A DNA stretch of 64,000 bases, taken from positions 7,129,360-7,193,359 of the forward strand of contig NC_043019.1 in the NCBI RefSeq assembly GCF_006345805.1, in the 5' to 3' direction. Shown in pieces: positions 25,806 to 37,925 of the stretch. Origin of the DNA: Octopus sinensis (taxonomy: Eukaryota). The position numbers and the translations under genes are program-made. Every line of letters starts with the position of its first letter. Position 1 is the first letter of the stretch. The notes beneath the pieces were generated by a model, which worked only from the letters and a program-made list of their open reading frames with translations, was not told the origin of the DNA and made no database searches.

Positions 25806-26586
25806 CAATCACCAGTTATTTAATTAAATAAACTAAAGTAAAAGACATGAGCAGGAAAAAAATGTAAAACCCAGAAAGGTTTGTATACTGATAGTGCCTA
25901 TTAATACGTCTCCAGGAAATGCAAAAAAGAAAATAAATCGAGAGATAAAATCGGAGAAAAAAATCAATACTACTTTCTCAGAATAATATTAAATGGTTTT
26001 TCGATATAACATTGCTAAACGTTGGCTTTTATCAAGGGTGGTGGAAATAAAATAAACCAGTACACCATCATGATGTACTAGCAGAAGTGATAGAGTACCG
26101 GACAAATTATTTTGTTGCATTTGTTCCGGGTGATTGTGTTCTGAATATTTAAATGTTTCATTTCGTCAAAGTCTGTTCCTTGTATAGCATTAGCAGACTT
26201 CACGCTGTGGAAGCGATCATTCAAGCCAGAACTTCGGTTTTAGTTCGATACTTTTGTAATTATCTGTTACATGTTAAAAAAAAACAGGTGAGGTTATGAC
26301 GATACGGTTCAGTCCTTGATATCTTGTACAAAATGCCCAGCAAATAATTTTACCACGTTTAGGTGTGTTGGATGTCATATATGGATTTATATAGAATTAA
26401 GAAATTATATTCGTTAAATAAATACTCAAGCTCTAAAACCAGCGAGGGGTGTGATCGACGCTGTTTTATTTAATTATTAGATCATTAAATACTTCTTGCA
26501 TAAATATTCGTACATTTTTTTCCTTTCTCGTGAGGTCATATAAACACGTATATACGTGTTGCGTATATATACATACTATTGCATCA

Positions 26587-26852
26587 GGGGAGAGTCATTC
26601 TCTTTTAGTGCCCTATAATTTAACACGCTCATCGGTAAAATTTCCACTGAATAAAAAAACAAAAATTAATTTTAAAATTGCAATTACTTTTATTTTAAAA
26701 AACTAAGAAAACAAGAAATAGGTGGAAATGTTACCGGTGAGTGTGTTAAATAAGGCACTAAAAGAGAATGATTCTCCCCAGACAAAAGAAAATTGCTTCA
26801 ACACAAGAACTCATATATAGAATCTTGGAAACCAAATTCAAAAACGAAATAT
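26587..26852. mobile_element. Foldback element with one-sided tail, copy 2
   Basis: GGGGAGAGTCATT...GGTAAAATTTCCAC pairs with GTGGAAATGTTACCGGTGAGTGTG...ATTCTCCCC. It carries the same 3' tail as 10566-10633. Confidence 0.75.
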
Positions 26853-26871
26853 ATATATATAAATATAAATA

Positions 26872-28210
26872 ATTTTTATTTTTAGATATAACTGGGGTAC
26901 TTAAATGTAATCATGTTTTTTGCTTCGGCTTTTCCCATGGGCGCATGTAAGTAATTTATTTATATTCTTTCGTAAGCTCTACTGAAGAGGAATAATTTTT
27001 ATGAGATTAATTCCTAAATTGATTCAATATAGAGATAACGAATTTTTAGAATTCGTTATCTCGCTTGCCCGACTTCAGTTCTTCTGTCTTTGCTCTAGCG
27101 AGTATATTAAATGTGGAAATGACGATTTAATAATCTGTCATCAGCATATTGGCTTTGAAGTAATTTTCTTTAGCCCTTACTTATAAGTTGTTTATAATTT
27201 TAACCATAAAGGTATTTTAATATGTTGCCACATTTCTTGATGAATTTTTTTTCTGTAGAGAAAAATAACTTCATCCTATATAGTAGTAGACTTATTACAA
27301 CTCGCTATAGGGACTGGTAACCACTATACATTTAGTGGGTATCAGTCAACACGTTGTACTGAGGCTGACCATAGAATTTTTATTTTTAGATATAACTGGG
27401 GTACTTAAATGTAATCATGTTTTTTGCTTCGGCTTTTCCCATGGGCGCATGTAAGTAATTTATTTATATTCTTTCGTAAGCTCTACTGAAGAGGAATAAA
27501 TTTTTTATGAGATTAATTCCTAAATTGATTCAATATAGAGATAACGAATTTTTAGAATTCGTTATCTCGCTTGCCCGACTTCAGTTCTTCTGTCTTTGCT
27601 CTAGCGAGTATATTAAATGTGGAAATTGACGATTTAATAATCTGTCATCAGCATATTGGCTTTGAAGTAATTTTCTTTAGCCCTTACTTATAAGTTGTTT
27701 ATAATTTTAACCATAAAGGTATTTTAATATGTTGCCACATTTCTTGATGAATTTTTTTTCTGTAGAGAAAAATAACTTCATCCTATATTAGTAGTAGACT
27801 TATTACAACTCGCTATAGGGACTGGTAACCACTATAACATTTAGTGGGTATCAGTCAACACGTTGTACTGAGGCTGACCATAGAATTTTTATTTTTAGAT
27901 ATAACTGGGGTACTTAAATGTAATCATGTTTTTTGCTTCGGCTTTTCCCATGGGCGCATGTAAGTAATTTATTTATATTCTTTCGTAAGCTCTACTGAAG
28001 AGGAATAAATTTTTTATGAGATTAACTCCGAAATTGATTCAATATAGAGATAACGAATTTTTAGAAATTCTAACGGCCAGCTTGCCCGACTTCAGTTCTT
28101 CTGTCTTTGCTCTAGCGAGTATATTATATGTGGAAATTGACGATTTAATAATCTGTTATCAGCATATTGGCTTTGAAATAATTTTCTTTAGCCCTTACTT
28201 ACAAGTTGTT
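26872..28210. repeat. Tandem array of a ~505-bp unit, about 2.6 copies
   Basis: GATATAACTGGGGTAC occurs at 26885, 27389 and 27898 (periods 504 and 509). Confidence 0.95.
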
Positions 28211-28223
28211 TCTATATATATAT

Positions 28224-28273
<50 letters not shown>

Positions 28274-28299
28274 GTGTGTGTGTGTGTGTGTGTGTATTT

Positions 28300-28555
28300 C
28301 TATGGCTGCTACATGAGGGTGCTACACGGGAACGCTGAGGATGGCTCTGAATAATAATTAGTACACACTTAGGATGAAGAACTCAGAGCTGTACGAGAGC
28401 CTCCCTCTAGTTAGCTCGAAAATACCAGAGACTGAGATTAGCTGGACATACTCACCGTCATTCAGGATTGAAATTGCACTCAGTGCTCCTGTGGGAGCCC
28501 CTACACGGACACACTAGAAGCAGGAGAGCGAGGATGACACATACGGATGCCCTAA
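28300..28555 (+). mobile_element. RTE-clade LINE C-terminal fragment, decayed
   Basis: Frameshifted peptides GCY(M)R...LRMALN, ELYESLPLVSSKI, RLAGH and HSVLLWEPLHGHTRSRRARMTHTDAL match the post-RT region typical of RTE elements. Confidence 0.7.
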
Positions 28556-30118
28556 GGTTCGGTTTTCTTTTCATCTTGCAGTTTGCCTCGAACCTTCTCG
28601 CATCGTTCTGGCTTTACATTCCTCACAATGCTTCACAAAGTCTACCTCATAAATTTGTGTGTGTTTTTGTGTGTGTAATCTTTCTGCTCTCTGCCCAACG
28701 CCATTTTTTTAACACGTTAATATACACGAAAGAGGCGGTCTAAAACGTGACCTACACCTATCCAGACTAACCCCACCCATCGATTCTGATGGTAATTATT
28801 ACACTCTTCAATTCCTGAATGTGTTTTAAGCTTCTATTTGTATTTAACCCGAACTCGGGGTCTTTAAACATCTTCAAACATATTTGTGTAATTCTTTTGA
28901 AATTTCTCTTGTCTTTCTTTGCCTAGTTTGGTTTATAGCCATATTATTCCACATTGTCTGCCTCTCCTGTATAAGCTTATTGCCTTTCATGATATTAACG
29001 ACATCGTGGACCCTAGTTTCCATAACAATTAGTTTCTCGCAATGACGTAAGTTTAAGTGTCCTGTTTCGCGGTTTCTCATCAAGGATTAATCTTCTTGCA
29101 GAATGCATTTTAAAAACGTTTACCACTGATTCAAGTACTCACTCAAAGCCTTTCAGCTTTTTGTATCCTAAGGTCTTTCTTTTTTCTGCGCAGGTGAGCG
29201 CCTGGAGTATGTGTGGATGTGAATGAACGAAATGAATCTCACCAGTTTATGATAGTCTAGAAAGATCACGAGTAGTGTCTCTGCTCGCCTTCATATTTTA
29301 ATTAAAAACCAAAAAAAATTTAATGTATGAAGACACGCTCAACTTTGTGGAGCATGATTACAATAGCGTTGGCGTGACACGAAACCTGTATGCATTCGTC
29401 TGATAGACAAACCGCTCGAGCTCAATCGCTTCCGATTCATGATAAATAACCTGCAGCAAAAAAATATTCTCATTAAAACTTGGAATACTTGTCAGAAACG
29501 TGAAAGACACAGAAACATTTAATTAAAAGTCCCCTACCGCAAAGAAAATGCCAAATAACTTACAAATAACAAAAAAAAAAAAACAGACAATAAAAATAAG
29601 AGATAAAATAAAATGAAATGAACGCGGTAAAGCTGTTAAGAAATAAACTAAAAAAATTAACTCCATAACAAATTTGGAAGCCTGAATTTATTCCCAAAAT
29701 TATCTTTTAATAAATCGAAATGGAATGTTTCCGATCAAATTTTTATCAGCCGAATTTTAAATAATTCCGTTATGATGTATAATTTTCTTTTCATTCAATG
29801 TAATTTCATAATATTATTTTATAATTCAATGTTCTCCTAGCAGGTTTTTTAAACTACAGCCGCCAGTCATTTATTCGAAAGTATTTCAGAGTTAAATATT
29901 AAATGAAAACATGTATATCATACGTATATATGAACGAACATATATACATATATATGTGCGTGTATATTATACCGATGCATGCGAGTGCATACGCAGTTAT
30001 CACCATATATACATAGGTATAATTAGCACAAAATTTTTGTGTATGCATATATATGTAGGTACGTAAGTGCGTATGCAATGTATATATCTACACACATACA
30101 CACACAAACACACAAACA

Positions 30119-30153
<35 letters not shown>

Positions 30154-30276
30154 CATATATATATATATATTTACATATATATATGTTTACATATGTATAT
30201 ATATATAATATAATATATATATATATATATAAATTATTGTAAAATTGAATACATACATACATATGCATATATATAT

Positions 30277-30342
<66 letters not shown>

Positions 30343-30709
30343 CAATCATTTAAGCCTATGCTTATATGTACACATATATAAATGCGTGTAATCCAAGGTA
30401 GCCTGTGGAATATGAAAGCCACGTCTGTTGTAATGCATAAAGAGATGCTAAACTGCAGCACCTGATCGACAAAGCAAATGTTCGACACATAAATAAACTT
30501 CAGTATCTGACATCAGATCCGTAAGTGTTTACATGAGAACAGGCATATATACTTATGTCTGGTTGAGAAAAATTTTGCTTCTCAAAAATAAAATGGCTTC
30601 AGATTCAATAAAACTGCGTTGCAATTTGGCACCAAATCGAGGCTATAGCCTCGATATGATGAAAGCTTTCGTGTGTGGTATACAAGAAATTGAACGATAA
30701 CCATTATCC

Positions 30710-32577
30710 ACCCAAATGCCTTCTTTCATTACGCGAAAGAAACAGTCTCAGTGCACTACAAGATAGGACCCCTTCTCCAAAAGGATGGCTCCCTCACAAA
30801 CAGTCCAACTAAGATCAGTGAGATGATGAATGACACCCGTTGGAACACAGACAAGTGGACGAACCTGTGGATTTCTTTGCCGCCTCACCTATAACGTGCA
30901 AGGCGGTTACAATAGAATGTATTGACATTAGCGAAACAGATGTCCTACTAGCCATAGATGAAGGGTACACAAACTCAGCTGCTGGTCCAGATGGTTTCCC
31001 AGCCATCCTCTTCAAAGCGTGTAGCATGCCCTGGAAAACCCCCTCAAGATTCTCTTCCAGAGCTTTCTTGCGAATGGCAAACTACCAAGCAAGCTGAAGG
31101 AGGGAATAATATATCCAATACATAAAGGGGGGAGTAGAGCAGATGCCAAAAACTATAGGCCTATCTCTCTGACTTCACACATCAGCAAAGTCATTGAGCG
31201 GATAGTCAGAAAGAAACTAATCGCATTCTTTGAGGAAAATAACTTGCTGAGTGATACCCAGCATGGTTTTCGACCAGGTAGGAGCTAACTGACCTAGCTC
31301 TTGCAACATTATGACTGGGTGTTGAGGCAGTTACTCAACAAATCAAATGTGGACGTAATCTACCTTGATTTTGCAAAAGCTTTTGACAAGGTGGATCATG
31401 GTATGATATGCCACAAACCGCGTGAACTCGGCATAGCTGGAAAACTTGGAGCGTGGTTACATGACTTCCTGAAAGATAGGAGTCAGGCAGTAGTGGTTAA
31501 TGGAGCCACCTCCATGAACACACAAATAGTGAGCGGTGTTCCACAGGGCACTGTCTTGGGACCAGTGCTTTTTATAGTGGCCCTCTCAGATATGCCCTCA
31601 AATGCCCGGATATCCGCTCTGGCCAGCTATGCAGACGATACGAAAGTCTCGCAGAAAATACAGAACCCCAGCGATGTTGCACACCTGCAGCAGGAGTTGG
31701 ACTCAATCTACAGATGGGCTGAGGATAATAATATGCAGTTTAATGCTGAAAAATTCCAGGCCATGCGCTACCAGCATCCAAAACTTACAGGACACACCGG
31801 TGCCACAAGGAATTTCAATCCTAGAGCCTAAGTCTGTGAGGGACCTGGGTATCGACATGACTGATGATACCTCTTTCCAAGTGCACATTACCGGGATGGC
31901 GACAAAGTGCAGACGACTGGCTGGATGGATCCTAAGAACATTCAGAACCAGAGATAAGGAAACCATGATAGTCCTCTGGCGGACATTCGTCCTCAGCCGC
32001 CTGGATTACTGCTCAGAGCTATGGTCACCAACCAGTGTAAAATTAACAGCGGACCTTGAAGCAATCAAGAGAAGATTCACAAAGAAGATCGTCTCTTTGC
32101 AACATGTCAGCTACTGGGAAAGGTTGAAACAGCTAAGACTCTACTCCCTGGAGAGAAGACGGGAGGGGTATGCAGTAATATATGTCTGGAAGATCCTCGA
32201 AGGAATTGTGCCAAATTTTGGTATTGTAAGCTACACTAATGCTAGAACGGGACGACACTACATAGTGCCAAAGAGCCCAGCAATGCCATCACACTTCAGG
32301 ACCAGCTTCCGCAACAGCATGGGTTTCAAGGGCCCACAGCTTTTTAATATTCTCCCAAAGAGTCTGAAGAACTTGCACAAAGTAGATGTAGCGGTTTTTA
32401 AATCAAAGCTGGACATCTTCCTGTCAAGAGGAGGTGCAAGTGAGAGTAGCTGTATCAATCTCCATTCTTCACCAAGTGCCACATATTAGACGAGGTTCTT
32501 CGTAATAACAGTGTAGCACAAAACGGCGGTGCATCAGCATAGCCGCAGCTCTGAGCTGAAACTAGAGAAAAAAAAAA
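30710..32577 (+). mobile_element. 5'-truncated CR1-type LINE with pseudogenised reverse transcriptase
   Basis: Motifs AAGPDGFPAILFK, PIHKGGSRADAKNYRPISLTSHISKVIERIV, QHGFRPGRS, VDVIYLDFAKAFDKVDHG, SGVPQGTVLGPVLF, SYADDTKV, VRDLGI, LSRLDYCSELWSP and YSLERRR. In-frame stops near 31287 plus frameshifts; no endonuclease; 3' stem-loop and A-tail at 32525-32577. Confidence 0.95.
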
Positions 32578-32583
32578 TATATA

Positions 32584-32616
<33 letters not shown>

Positions 32617-32909
32617 CGTATATATATATTATATATATATACGTATATATATATTAGATATATATATATATATTTAGAAGATATATGTATATATATATAT
32701 ATATTAGAAGAAACTGGTTCGATTTGAAAACTCCATTAGAATGGGAGAAAGCGCTAATATATGATATATGATATAAGTTATATGATGTATAAAAAATGTA
32801 ATATACAAATAACTATCTGTAAATAGAAAACCATCCGAAGTTCTGAGTACCTCATTTGTTCTAATATAAAATACCTGTACATCATCTCCAAACCGTCTAA
32901 TGTATATAT

Positions 32910-32951
<42 letters not shown>

Positions 32952-33070
32952 TATTGGCCTGCTCGCTTAGCCAGCGGGAAGGCGTCATTCGAAGGCTAAA
33001 CAATGCAAACGCATTGTGACCAGCGATGTTAGCAACCACCTGATGGCATGGTCGGTCACGTGAAAGAGTG
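32952..33070 (+). repeat. Short (TA)n-embedded interspersed repeat, probable retroposon 3' end
   Basis: GC-richer block TTGGCCTGCTCGCTTAGCCAGCGG...GGTCGGTCACGTGA flanked by TA tracts. Family not identified. Confidence 0.4.
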
Positions 33071-33135
33071 AAAGTGATATTATATATATATATATATGTA
33101 TATATAATATATATATATATATATATAATATATAT

Positions 33136-33185
<50 letters not shown>

Positions 33186-33206
33186 ATGTAATATCATATA
33201 TATATC

Positions 33207-33239
<33 letters not shown>

Positions 33240-33240
33240 A

Positions 33241-33279
<39 letters not shown>

Positions 33280-33927
33280 TATGTATACATATATATATAC
33301 ATATACAATATGAATGTACGAGTGTATATATGGATGCATATCTGAATTGTAGACATAGTGTTGTATGCATATATTTAGGTATGGAATCTCTCTGGAAAGA
33401 GCTCAATGAAAAAAAAAAGAATATACGAGCTTAAGTTTGTGAGCACGCTAAACCAAAGGAATTGCTTAAGGCCATCAAATATATTAATTTTATAGATGTT
33501 CGTAAAAATACAAAATGTACTATGTAGAGAATGAATAACAGTTTAAAACTAATTCTAATATTGAGTGAAACCTATTGAAATATATATCGAAAAATTTATT
33601 GATTGCCGAAGGATAATCTTCCTGTCATGCTTAAACTTTCTAGCTGTTTCGCTCACCAGGAAAACATTAGACACAAATCAAATGTTCCGAGTCTTTTGTT
33701 TGGTTTTGTTTGCCTACGCTTCATGATCGTGGAGGATTACCTACCATGGAATATATATATAAGTGTGTGTGTGTGTGTATGTGTCTGTGTATGTATGTGT
33801 GTCTTTGTGTGTGTACTACGTCTGTGAATACTTATACAATTCTGCCTACGGAAACAGAATGATTAAAATTATTTATAAGATACGCACAGGTGCGCGTGTA
33901 AATTTCTATATACATCGATGTGTACAT

Positions 33928-33958
<31 letters not shown>

Positions 33959-34612
33959 TTTATGTATATATATATATATGTATATGATGTATACATTCAT
34001 TATATATATAATATACATATATATATATATTATATATATATATATATATCCTTTTTTTAAAGCAGCAGAAAATAGGAGTCAGGCAGTAGTGGTTAATGGA
34101 GCCACCTCTATGAACACACACACACACACACACCACTATATATATATATATATATATAATATATATATTTGCACGTATGTATGCATGTATATATATATGT
34201 ATATATGTGTTTACTTGTGTATTAGTATGTTTGAATTCAGAAATGTACTCGGTATGAAGAATGTCACATGTACTTTTAGCATTTGCATTAGATGCCACTT
34301 ACAAATGGTTGTTTTAAACAGAGTCGCTCACACACGTGTTGCACTTATAAAAATCTAGCTTTAATGTATGAAACTTAATAAACCAATAAATCTTCATTGA
34401 GTTATTATAGATTATTCAGTTCTTTCCTTGCAAAATTTTCCGTTATGAAATTTCTTCCTAAACAACTGTTTCTCCATTTGTAGTTTTTTTCTTAAATTGA
34501 TTGCCAAAACGCAGTTTCTCTCCTCACGAAGGTAAAGCTAGCAAACATTCTCCAATAAAGTACATACACATCAGGAGTCAGGCAGTAGTGGTTAATGGAG
34601 CCACCTCTATGA

Positions 34613-34647
<35 letters not shown>

Positions 34648-34761
34648 CAAAAAGCAATAAAGATTCAAGTTAATTTAAATGAATTTACTTGAATATGGTA
34701 CCTAACTTAGATGCACCAAAAAAAACTATACTGTTTTAACAATACAGTAATGTGGGTTGAT

Positions 34762-34899
34762 TATAAGCGAGAAAGAAGCACCAGAATGGATAGGTTTTTA
34801 GTACAATCGTTTCATACAAGGACTTTAATAAAGCCTGTCCTTGTATGAAACGATTGTACTAAAAACCTATCCATTCTTGTTGCTTCTTTCTCGCTTATA
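34762..34899. repeat. 138-bp near-perfect hairpin (62-bp arms, 13-nt loop), MITE-like
   Basis: TATAAGCGAGAAAGAAGC...CATACAAGGAC pairs with GTCCTTGTATG...GCTTCTTTCTCGCTTATA; the right arm runs into (TA)n. Confidence 0.9.
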
Positions 34900-35610
34900 T
34901 ATATATATATATATATATCAGGTAAAGCTAGCAAACATTCTCCAATAAAGTACATACACATCAGGTTATCGCGTTAATTTTCTCAGTCCCAAAACGTGCT
35001 TCGTTATTTTGTCAACCTGCAACGAGAAGGTTTAATGGCGGCGTTTGAAATCAGACACAAGGAACAAAGCAATGATGCAATGGGTTTACTCGAACTCTAA
35101 CAAATTACTGCTTAAACTATAAATATAAATACGATATCATCATTAAATTTTCACCACACTCACACACATACACGCACACATGTATGTGTGTGTATACGAA
35201 CACACACCAACATATTATATATTATATATAATATATATAGATATATATAATATATATATATATATATAATATATATTATATATATATATGAAACACTCCT
35301 TCACAACCTGGGGCCTTGAAGACTGCTTTAATCAAGAAAGTATACTAGTCCCTTAACATTTTATATTCAATATTTCATCTATTCAATAAGATAATCAATA
35401 CTACATTTCATTTTAATATATAATATTAGTTATACTATATATTCTATATTCTACATTAATATTATAAAGGATATAAATGAAACAAAAAAAAACAAGTTGG
35501 AATTTTTTTAATAATATATATATACATATATATATGTATATAATTACATATATGCATATATATAAATATATATATATACACACATACATACGAATATATA
35601 CATACATATA

Positions 35611-35660
<50 letters not shown>

Positions 35661-35799
35661 AGATGTGAGTGTGTGTACATGTGTGCCTGTGTGTGTCTAT
35701 TAATCATACACGACTTGACTAATACACATTGTACAAATATGTGTATGAATATGTACACACACTATCGCAGATAGATATGCGGATATATATGTATATGGT

Positions 35800-35831
<32 letters not shown>

Positions 35832-36217
35832 TGTATGTATGTGTGTATGTATGCATGCATGCATTTATGTATCTAAACACACAGAGACACAAAGGAGATG
35901 GAGAATCAAATATGAGTGAGGGGTGTGATAAAATGTATTATAAAATTATCGATAACAATTCAATTATTGATTTAGCACTAATAGAATTCCTATAATTAAG
36001 TAGATGAAAATTGAAATTGATACTTTATTTTCATTTTGCCTATTTTACTTCTCTGATATATTTTTTCACAATTTCGAAATCTTATCTTTGCATAAATATA
36101 TTTCTTGTATTATGCTATAAATATTTAGTTTGTTTTTCTGCTGCATCGATAATTTTAAGGAATGTTGTCATCGTAATCCCTGGTACAAACTCACTCTCTT
36201 CATTTATCTATCTATCA

Positions 36218-36303
<86 letters not shown>

Positions 36304-36319
36304 TTATCTATCTATCCAT

Positions 36320-36362
<43 letters not shown>

Positions 36363-36401
36363 CATATCTATATATCTCTTTCTGTCTCAGTCTCTGATCC
36401 C

Positions 36402-36436
<35 letters not shown>

Positions 36437-37017
36437 TACATATATATGTCTTTCTCTCACTCTCTCTTTCTCTCTATCTATCTATCTAGCTCGTTCTCTC
36501 TCTATATCTCTATGTATTCATCTATCTGTCATTCGCCATGATAGATCGCCAGCTACTACACGTTTTTTTTTCTATTTTCTCTCGCTGATAATTACTGTGT
36601 TCCTTTCTGTTGAAGAGCTTAGGCTCGAAACGTAAAAGACTTTCTCGTTTCCCGATCGTTAAACTAATGCATCTGTTTGTTGTGAATATATATATATATA
36701 TATTATTTATATTATTTATATTAAGACATATATATTATTATACGCATATACAGTATATATCTATCAATGCAACACACACACACACACACATACAAATGTA
36801 TATGTATGTATTAATGTATGTGTTTGTGTGTATATGACGAGTGATATGTTGATGCACTTTTGATGTAATATACTGAGGTGAATCACAAAATAATCTATGT
36901 ATTAGATAATCGCTTTTCACCTAAGAGTTTTAGCGAAGTTTCTAATAACGAGGTGAGCAGGATGCATACACACACATACACACACACACACATATATATA
37001 TATACATATATATATAC

Positions 37018-37049
<32 letters not shown>

Positions 37050-37307
37050 GTTTGTGTGTGCGCGCCTGTATGTGCGTGTTGATTATGTTGTATACGTAGG
37101 TCGAACATAAACGCACACATCATAAAATCTTCACATTTGCATGCATACCTAGGTATGTATTTATCGATTTTTCTCACATTTAGTCATTCTTTGCCAGTCT
37201 CTCTGTCCTTTATCCCCCTTCTCTGTAGTGTACACACACAATGCACGATGCATATATATATATGCACATTTACAGTATGTATTATGTGTATATATATAAT
37301 ATATATA

Positions 37308-37391
<84 letters not shown>

Positions 37392-37689
37392 GTATATATA
37401 TATACATATATATATATACACATACATACATATATACATACATACATTGAACAGCCACTTGTGACGCGAAACTCCAGATTGATCCAAGATTGTGTACGCG
37501 TTGATAGAGAATCGCATGAGAACCACGAACATACTTCAACATTACTCGGATGGTCTCTATATAATCCTTCATCCTTTAATTCTTTTATACTTTTCAGGCC
37601 AAACGTTATGGCCAATCTGGGGCATGGTTTCTCTCATCCCTTTTTCTGTGGCCATTCTCATGTAGGTGACTTTTGGTGAAGGAGGGAAT

Positions 37690-37925
37690 TTGATACGGCT
37701 AACTGTAATTTCTTACTGTGATGTCGCCTCATCTGGGATCCCGGACTGCGGCAGAATGGCAAATGTCTTCTTGAAAGAATCTACCCATATAACAAGATAT
37801 TTAAGTAAGCGTGGTCCTCTGGATCTTAATGTATTGCGGTGCCTGGTTCTTAATCTCGATCGCGTAGTCTGGACAGGAGACAAGACAAGAGTGTCTATCG
37901 TTGCCAAATTTTGGTGTCAAACCTT
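37690..37925 (-). mobile_element. CR1-type LINE C-terminal fragment
   Basis: SRLRTRHRNTLRSRGPRL...VDSFKK...IPDEATSQ parallels SHFRTSFRNSMGFKGPQLF...FKSKLD in the 30.7-32.6 kb copy. Confidence 0.7.

Noticed and set aside
27238-27362. C/D-box snoRNA in the 505-bp unit (TGATGA ... CTGA)
   Set aside because: There is no terminal stem, no recognisable rRNA-complementary guide, and these short motifs are expected by chance.
31301-32489. RT ORFs as a functional gene
   Set aside because: In-frame stops, frameshifts and a missing endonuclease show a dead 5'-truncated LINE.
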